A stretch of DNA of 64,000 nucleotides from an uncultured virus (IMG/VR IMGVR_UViG_3300025000_000094) (taxonomy: Duplodnaviria > Heunggongvirae > Uroviricota > Caudoviricetes): the IMG/VR virus record IMGVR_UViG_3300025000_000094; one strand, written 5' to 3'. Numbering within the stretch: position 1 is the first letter of the stretch; the number at the start of each line of letters is the position of its first letter. The position numbers were made by a program, and so were the translations under genes. Of the stretch, positions 58,142 to 64,000 are shown one piece after another. The notes beneath the pieces are model-generated. The model searched no databases. It was not told where the DNA came from and saw only the letters and a list, made by a program, of their open reading frames with translations.

Positions 58142-58591
58142 TTAGGCGGTGCCCTCGGCGGGGCCCACGTGCTGCTCGCTACCGTCCACGTTGGCGGGCT
58201 GGGTGACGGGCAGTTTCCTGGAACCGAACTTGATCACCAGGATGCTGTCTATCTCCACGTTCTGCGCGGCGCGGGTGGCGATGAGCTTCAGGTAGCGCTT
58301 GCCGGGGTTTATCACCTCGATAGCCTGCACCTTCTCGGCGGCTTCGTCGCCGGAGTTCACCAGCGAGGTGCCTTCCAGGTCGCCGTAGGCGTCCGCGGAG
58401 CCGTCGTCCGAGGACTGCTGCACCTTGCAGGTGTTGGTGCCGCCCGACACTATGGCGCCCAGTTCCACCAGGAACAGCGCGCCCTCGTAGCCGGCCATGT
58501 CCACGGGGTCCGAGGTGACAGCCCCGGTGCCCGCGGCCTGGCTGACTTTTATGCGGTCCACGACCGCGTTGCTAAGCAGTGACTTAATCAT
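58142..58591 (-). CDS. Capsid decoration protein, putative
   Basis: VDMAGYEG...KVQQS.D...KRYLKL jelly-roll-type protein directly after the capsid gene. Confidence 0.65.
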   Translation of the reverse strand: MIKSLLSNAVVDRIKVSQAAGTGAVTSDPVDMAGYEGALFLVELGAIVSGGTNTCKVQQSSDDGSADAYGDLEGTSLVNSGDEAAEKVQAIEVINPGKRYLKLIATRAAQNVEIDSILVIKFGSRKLPVTQPANVDGSEQHVGPAEGTA

Positions 58592-58618
58592 CTTGTTTTC
58601 TCCTTTTCTCCGGTATCG

Positions 58619-59815
58619 TTACGCGCCCATCTTTATGCGGGCGAAGGCCTCTTCCAGCACAGGCATACCGTCCACTTCCTGCCGGCCGATAAAGCCCACC
58701 TTGTTGTTGCGGGCGTTCAGTTCGTTCAGGCGCTGCACGCTGTAGTTCTGTCCGTCGGCGATCCAGTAGTTGGACAGGTCGCCATACAGGCCGACGTACT
58801 GGTTGGCGGTCATGGTGCTGGGGCAGTACTCGCTCATGTCCACCGGCTTGTTGAGCAGCATGTCCGTCTCCGGGTCCCAGATGTACTTGCCGTCGGCGTA
58901 CTTCAGCAACGCGATGGCGGCCAGGATGTCGCGGTGGATCATCCAGCGGCAGTTCTTCTGGTACTGCTGCTTGACGGAGAACTTCACCTTCTTGAGGTTA
59001 TCGAAGGAGATAACCGTGGCCGTGTTGTGCGTGGCGATGTCGCGGGTGGTGCTGATGCCCTGGGCGGACGCGGTGAACAGGCCCAGCGGCTGGCCGTTGC
59101 CGGTGCCGGTCAGGAAAGCTTTCTCCTGCGGCAGGGCGAACTTATAGGCCAGGCGGTCCATCACCAGGTTCTCCACCGGGAGGGCGCTGATGCGCAGCAG
59201 CTTCATGCTGACCTGCACTTCTTTGGACAGCAGGTGCGGCTTCAGGTCGCGGCCGCCGAACTTCATGGCCGTGTCGGAGTTAACCGCGCCCACCTCGGCG
59301 GTCCAGTCCGCGTCGGACGGGTCGCTTTCGATAGTGGGGCAGCCCAGGCTGTCGCTCTCGGTGACGGGGATCACCGTGGCGTGCTGGCGCACGAACAGCA
59401 GGTCGTCGAGCTTCTTGATCAGGCGTGTCAGCGCCTGGGCCGGGGTCACTATGTACCCGCCGGACTCGGGGGCGTCGGCCTGCAGGGTGCGCAGCTCGGG
59501 GGCCAGGCGGCCGGTCTTAAGGTACGTGCGGTAGGCCACCAGTTCTTTCTCGGTGTCCTTGTTAGCGGGGGCGGGCGCGGCGCCGCCGGCGGTCTCCACC
59601 TTGCCGTCCGCGGTGCGCAGCTCGGTTTCCAGGAGTTCCATCTTCTCCAGCCGGTCTATGGACGTGCGGGTTTCCTTCACGTCGTTCATCATGGTGTCGT
59701 ACTTGGCCTTCTGCTCGTCGTTAAACTTGCCGTCGGCGGCGTTGTCCAGCATGGAGCGGGCTTCGTTTACGGTGCGCACCATGGTGGCGCGCAGTTTGGC
59801 AATCTTCTCTTTCAT
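58619..59815 (-). CDS. Major capsid protein, HK97 family
   Basis: N-terminal coiled-coil delta domain, GGYIVTP, FLTGTGNGQPLG, YGDLSNY. Confidence 0.93.
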   Translation of the reverse strand: MKEKIAKLRATMVRTVNEARSMLDNAADGKFNDEQKAKYDTMMNDVKETRTSIDRLEKMELLETELRTADGKVETAGGAAPAPANKDTEKELVAYRTYLKTGRLAPELRTLQADAPESGGYIVTPAQALTRLIKKLDDLLFVRQHATVIPVTESDSLGCPTIESDPSDADWTAEVGAVNSDTAMKFGGRDLKPHLLSKEVQVSMKLLRISALPVENLVMDRLAYKFALPQEKAFLTGTGNGQPLGLFTASAQGISTTRDIATHNTATVISFDNLKKVKFSVKQQYQKNCRWMIHRDILAAIALLKYADGKYIWDPETDMLLNKPVDMSEYCPSTMTANQYVGLYGDLSNYWIADGQNYSVQRLNELNARNNKVGFIGRQEVDGMPVLEEAFARIKMGA

Positions 59816-59817
59816 GT

Positions 59818-60585
59818 TTACAGTCCTCCGTTAATTTCAATTTCTACCAGGTCCAGTCTCTTCCTCAGCACCTCTACCGAGTGCCTGACTTCAGGCGGCT
59901 TGGGGGCTTCGGAGTGGGCGGGGCCCGGCTCCGGCGGTTTCAACTGTTTCTGCAGGTTTCCTGCAAAATCCATCAGCAGGGCGCGTTCCTCGTCGCGCAG
60001 TTCCTCGCCGCGCTTGAGGCGCATCAGCGCCTTAAAAAGGGTCTCGTCCGTCTTGCCGGCCACGTCTGTGGCGGCCTGCGCTATGGCGCGGGCGGACACG
60101 CTGGTGCCCTCGTAGGCGGGGAAGGTGGCCGGAGAAACTTCCAGCAGGCGCACTTCAAGCAGCTCGCGGCACAGCACGCCGCCCTGGGCGTCGTCTATAA
60201 ACCAGTTGTCTTTGATGGTGCGGAAGCGGAAAGAGGACTGGTTAACGTCGCCGCGCTTAACGCTCTCGCAGCAGTCGTTGCCTGCGGTGCTGTTGGGCAG
60301 GTCTATGTCGTAGGCCAGGCCCTGCTCGTCCTCGGCCAGGCGCAGCGTGCCGGCCTTGTTGCGGCCAAGCACCATGTCGGAGTTGTGGTTCCACAGGGCG
60401 CGGATGTCTGACTCTTTAAGGGTCTTGGTGAAAGCGCCCGGCCGAATGACCTCCATGAACCCCAGATCAGGGGAGGAGTACATGTTGAAGACCGCGGCGT
60501 AGCCGGAAAGTTTGCGCTCTGCCATCTTGGCCGAGCCTGCCTTGGCCACGCGGAACTCTATGCTGTCCAGGATGGGCTTTTTCAT
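59818..60585 (-). CDS. Prohead protease, HK97 family
   Basis: GYAAVFN, EVIRPGAF, ALWNHN, QSSFRF, LLEVSPATFPAY. Confidence 0.93.
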   Translation of the reverse strand: MKKPILDSIEFRVAKAGSAKMAERKLSGYAAVFNMYSSPDLGFMEVIRPGAFTKTLKESDIRALWNHNSDMVLGRNKAGTLRLAEDEQGLAYDIDLPNSTAGNDCCESVKRGDVNQSSFRFRTIKDNWFIDDAQGGVLCRELLEVRLLEVSPATFPAYEGTSVSARAIAQAATDVAGKTDETLFKALMRLKRGEELRDEERALLMDFAGNLQKQLKPPEPGPAHSEAPKPPEVRHSVEVLRKRLDLVEIEINGGL

Positions 60586-61787
60586 TTCTTGTGTTCTCCT
60601 TGCGGCCCGTTGATAGGGGCCAGGTTAAGGGCTTTGTAGTACTGCTCGCCGCCCTCCACTTCGTTCATGTCTTCCATGCGGCGCACGTCGTTGACGCACA
60701 GGAAGCCGCGGTCCAGGCCCACGCCGTAGGCGTCGTAGCGGGTCTTTATGTCTCCCCTCAGCAGGCCGCTCACCAGGAACTTGGCGAAGATCTCTTTGCG
60801 CTCGTACTGCGGCACCACGCGGCGCAGGATGGCCTGCTCGTACTTCACCACCCAGGGGAGTATGCAGTGCGTCAGGAACTCTATGCTCAGGTGCTCGATG
60901 TTGCTGAAAGTGGCGCGGTCCAGGTCGCCTATGATATGCGGCGGCACCCGGAACATGCGCGCTATGTCGTTAACCGAGAACTTGCGCTCCTCAAGGAGCT
61001 GCGAGTCCTGCGGGGAAAGGCCCATCTTGTCGGGCTTGATGCCGTCCTGCAACAGCAGAATGCGGAACTTTTTATCAAGGCCGGAGCGCATTTCCTCTAT
61101 CTCGCTCTTCATGCGGTCGTGAGCTTCTTTGCCCAGGCGCCCAGGGTGAGAGAGAATAAGGCCGCCGCTGGCGTCGTGTTTAAAGTAGCGCCCGCCGTGT
61201 TCTTGCGTGGCCAGGGCCATGCCGAAGGCCTCCCGGCTCTTCTGTATGGGGGTTATGCCCTCAATGCCATTAAAGGACAGGCCCGGCACGTGAAAGATGC
61301 GGTCCGCCGGCAGGCGGGCAGTCTTGGTGTCCAGGTACACGTCGTAGAAAAGTTCCTTGCCTATCAGCTTGGGCTTTACGCGGCTGGCGTGGATGGGCCA
61401 GAAGGCCAGCGGCCGACCGGCATTGTCGAACTCTATCTCGGCGTAGCCGTTGCCCCAGGTCAGGACGTTGGTCATGATGGTTTCCTGGAACGTGGCCGGC
61501 AGGATATTGGGGTTGGGGTTGTCGTGCAGGAGGTCGTACAGGTAATGCTTGGGGAAACGTTCTTTTCCGTTACCCACGCGCTTGTACAGGATCACCGGCA
61601 GGGAGCCAATGGTCTGGGCTATAGCGTTGACGCAGGCGTAAACCACCGACAGGCTATAAACGCTCTCCTCGTCCACGTTGACGCCGGTGATGGTGGACTC
61701 CCCGGAGCGTATCCACCGCGAGAACTTCTCGCTGAAGATAAGTTTGCGCATGGCGCTTTTAATTTTTGCTTTAGCCGTTTCAAACAT
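60582..61787 (-). CDS. Portal protein, HK97 family
   Basis: VYACVNAIA, WGNGYA, IARMFRVPPHIIG, NDVRRMEDM. Confidence 0.93.
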   Translation of the reverse strand: MFETAKAKIKSAMRKLIFSEKFSRWIRSGESTITGVNVDEESVYSLSVVYACVNAIAQTIGSLPVILYKRVGNGKERFPKHYLYDLLHDNPNPNILPATFQETIMTNVLTWGNGYAEIEFDNAGRPLAFWPIHASRVKPKLIGKELFYDVYLDTKTARLPADRIFHVPGLSFNGIEGITPIQKSREAFGMALATQEHGGRYFKHDASGGLILSHPGRLGKEAHDRMKSEIEEMRSGLDKKFRILLLQDGIKPDKMGLSPQDSQLLEERKFSVNDIARMFRVPPHIIGDLDRATFSNIEHLSIEFLTHCILPWVVKYEQAILRRVVPQYERKEIFAKFLVSGLLRGDIKTRYDAYGVGLDRGFLCVNDVRRMEDMNEVEGGEQYYKALNLAPINGPQGEHKK

Positions 61788-63407
61788 TTATAAAGCCTGT
61801 ACCGAAGACCCGCTGTCTGCCGGAGTGTCCGGCATTCTTAAAACCCTGTCCTGCGCTATGATCAGCGAAACCACGCCGTCTATCCTCTTCTGTTTGCCCG
61901 CGGCCTCTTTGGGCTTGTTGGGCGCCACTACTCCGTTGGGGCCGTGCCGCACTTCAATGTTGTCAGCGTTCCAGTTAAGAGCTGAGTTGTTAGGATGCGC
62001 GAATGTTCCCGCCATCCAGCGCCGCTCCATTTCTTTGGTGGGCTGGCTGATGGTGCTGAAGTTCTGCGACACAGGCACCATTTTTATTCCCAGCGCTTCC
62101 GCTTTCTGCACCGCCATGGTGGCGTTGTAGGGGTCGTACCCTACTTCCTGAAGGCTGAACAGTTTACTGGCTTCCTCCATCTTGCCCACCACCGCGGCGT
62201 AGTCCACCACGTTGCCGGGGGTGGCTATTATGTGCCCCTCGGCTACCCAGCGGCTGTAAGGCACCTTGTCGCGCTCCTCGGCCAGGGCCACGCGGTCAGC
62301 CGGCATGAACAGGTAAACCCAGGCGTACAGCATGTCAGGCTCCGGAAACAGCAGGCCAAAGGCCGTAAGGTCCAGCGTGCTCGACAGGTCCAGGCCGCCG
62401 TAGGCTATCTTGCCGCGCAGATCCGCTTCGGTGTACCTGCGCGCAGCGGCGGCCCATTTCTCGCTCGGTATCCAGCGTGTTACCTGGCTGGTCCACAAGT
62501 TAAGACGCAGACGCTTGAACAAGTTCTCCTGGCGCGGTATCTTCTTGGCCTTCTCACATTCTTGCGCCAGGTCGTACTCTTTAAGCGTTATGCCCAGGCT
62601 GGGGTTCACCTTCGCCCACACGCGGGGGTCGCGCCAGTCGTCGCCTTTCTCCGGTTCAAAGATCACCGCCAGGGTTTGCTCGTCCACCTTCTCGTTGGCC
62701 AACACAGTCTTGGCATGTTCGTATTCCTCGTAGCAGATGCTGTTCTTGTCGGCGCCGGCCGTGGTGATGGTGATCTGCAAGGGCTGGTTGCGCGCCGCGC
62801 CCGAGCCGCTGGTCATTACCTCGTACAGCTCAGGGTCCTTCAGCGCGTGCAACTCGTCGAAGATAACGCAGTGCGCGTTGATGCCGTGGCGGCCCTTGGT
62901 CTCTTTGGATACCGGGATAAAGCTCGCCTTCATCTCCGGCACCGAGATCAGGTGCTTGCCTTCCACCACCTTAAACACCTCCGAGAGTTCCTCGGACATG
63001 TCTATGATGGTGCGGGCTTCCTCGTGCACCATGTCGGCCTGCTCTTTCTCCGTGGCAGCGCAGTACACCTTGGCGCGGAACTCGCCGTCCATGCCGGTCA
63101 TGTAAAGGCCCACGCCGCCGCACATGGTGGTCTTGCCGTTCTTCTTCGGTATGAAGATGAACGCCTTGCGGAACCGGCGGTAGCCATCGTCCTTGCGCTT
63201 CCAGCCGAACAGCGGACGCAGTACCAGGTCCTTCTGCCAGTCCATCAGCCTGATGGGCGTGCCGGCCTTGTCACCGACCGTGTAGACTACATAGGTTTCA
63301 AAGAACTCTACTGCGCGGTCCGCGGCTTCGCGGTCGTAGTAGTATTTCCCGTTGCAGTCAGTAATGACCTGTTGCGGGCAGGACTTAACTTCCTTTCTGC
63401 TGGCCAT
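61788..63407 (-). CDS. terL: Terminase large subunit
   Basis: IPKKNGKT Walker A, IFDELH Walker B, ITTAG, GGLDLS, RIDG. Confidence 0.95.
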   Translation of the reverse strand: MASRKEVKSCPQQVITDCNGKYYYDREAADRAVEFFETYVVYTVGDKAGTPIRLMDWQKDLVLRPLFGWKRKDDGYRRFRKAFIFIPKKNGKTTMCGGVGLYMTGMDGEFRAKVYCAATEKEQADMVHEEARTIIDMSEELSEVFKVVEGKHLISVPEMKASFIPVSKETKGRHGINAHCVIFDELHALKDPELYEVMTSGSGAARNQPLQITITTAGADKNSICYEEYEHAKTVLANEKVDEQTLAVIFEPEKGDDWRDPRVWAKVNPSLGITLKEYDLAQECEKAKKIPRQENLFKRLRLNLWTSQVTRWIPSEKWAAAARRYTEADLRGKIAYGGLDLSSTLDLTAFGLLFPEPDMLYAWVYLFMPADRVALAEERDKVPYSRWVAEGHIIATPGNVVDYAAVVGKMEEASKLFSLQEVGYDPYNATMAVQKAEALGIKMVPVSQNFSTISQPTKEMERRWMAGTFAHPNNSALNWNADNIEVRHGPNGVVAPNKPKEAAGKQKRIDGVVSLIIAQDRVLRMPDTPADSGSSVQAL

Positions 63408-63891
63408 TTCTCAGGCCTCGTAGCATGAAATCCGATATCTTCTTGCCGGGGCCGCCCTTTTCGCCCACCAGCCGGCCGCGCGAGCTGGGCGTAAGGCCAA
63501 GGGCCTCGGCGTACTTTATCTGCAAACCCATACGCTGGTTTAATGTGGTCTGCTCCGGGCGGGGCTGCTGGTGGCCGGAAGGCGTCATAGTGTTGTATTT
63601 GTCCTGTCCGGCGGCGGCCACGTCTTTCAGGCGGGTGTTAAGTTCGTCTATGGACTCGCAGATACTGCAATAGTTTTTGAGGGTTTCTCGGTCGGTCTTC
63701 TTGAGCACGCCGGTGTTGCGTAGCTCGGAATAGATAAGCCGCCATACCTGGCGGCCGTATTCCCCCAGGGTGGCCGGGGGCTTGGGATTCTTGTCGGAAG
63801 AAAACTCGGGGGCCGCCTCGTTAATGCGCGAGGGGCGTACGCCTTCCAGCTTTTTAAGCTCGTTAGGTTTTGCTTTTCTTCCCTGGCTCAT
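63385..63891 (-). CDS. terS: Terminase small subunit, P27 family
   Basis: GRKAKP..LKKLEG, PPATL, LGLTPSSR. Confidence 0.9.
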   Translation of the reverse strand: MSQGRKAKPNELKKLEGVRPSRINEAAPEFSSDKNPKPPATLGEYGRQVWRLIYSELRNTGVLKKTDRETLKNYCSICESIDELNTRLKDVAAAGQDKYNTMTPSGHQQPRPEQTTLNQRMGLQIKYAEALGLTPSSRGRLVGEKGGPGKKISDFMLRGLRNGQQKGS

Positions 63892-64000
63892 TTTAAATTT
63901 CCGAATCCTCCGTTTTCCGTTGCGGTCTTCCGCGAGTGGCAGCTATGGCACAGGCCCTGGTGGTTTGTGGGCTCCCAGAACAGCGGGTCTTCCGGGCCGC

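Larger units (their letters stand above)
45661..64000 (-). mobile_element. Phage B, GC-rich HK97-like siphovirus morphogenesis module
   Basis: Canonical order terS-terL-portal-protease-capsid-connector-closure-gp10-terminator-tube-chaperone-tape measure-tail tip-fibre. Confidence 0.93.

Noticed and set aside
48198..63428. Long plus-strand ORFs (e.g. 52032-53408, 53884-55056, 58934-60115, 60591-61793, 61995-63428)
   Set aside because: Antisense shadows of well-identified GC-rich structural genes with no recognisable motifs

Overview
The window holds two different tailed-phage genomes, joined at about 45,660 inside a single ORF. Phage A (1 to about 45,660, AT-rich) looks podovirus-like. Its leftward late operon encodes terminase, portal, scaffold, major capsid, adaptor, nozzle, ejection proteins and a tail fibre running off the left edge. 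A 1.1-kb divergent control region follows, then a rightward early/replication region (many small ORFs, amidoligase plus class II glutamine amidotransferase, exonuclease, ERF, replication initiator, radical SAM, two tRNAs) and a leftward lysis cassette. Phage B (about 45,660 to 64,000, GC-rich) is the HK97-type siphovirus head-tail operon from small terminase to tail fibre. Two things stand out. (1) Phage A has 11 short, mutually divergent ORFs linked to the same C-terminal peptide R-V-(I/V)-(R/K)-D-stop, usually preceded by K and conserved through synonymous codon changes. In two of them the tag is separated from the ORF by a stop or a frameshift. Ten sit directly upstream of a COOH-NH2 amidoligase/Ntn-amidotransferase pair, suggesting a tag-dependent conjugation or docking system. 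(2) Virion tail and head-fibre proteins of both phages carry N-terminal export signals: Sec-type on five phage A proteins and on the phage B tail fibre, and a type IV prepilin-type leader on the phage B head fibre. This suggests extracytoplasmic maturation of virion parts. All product calls come from motif recognition and gene order; no searches were run.
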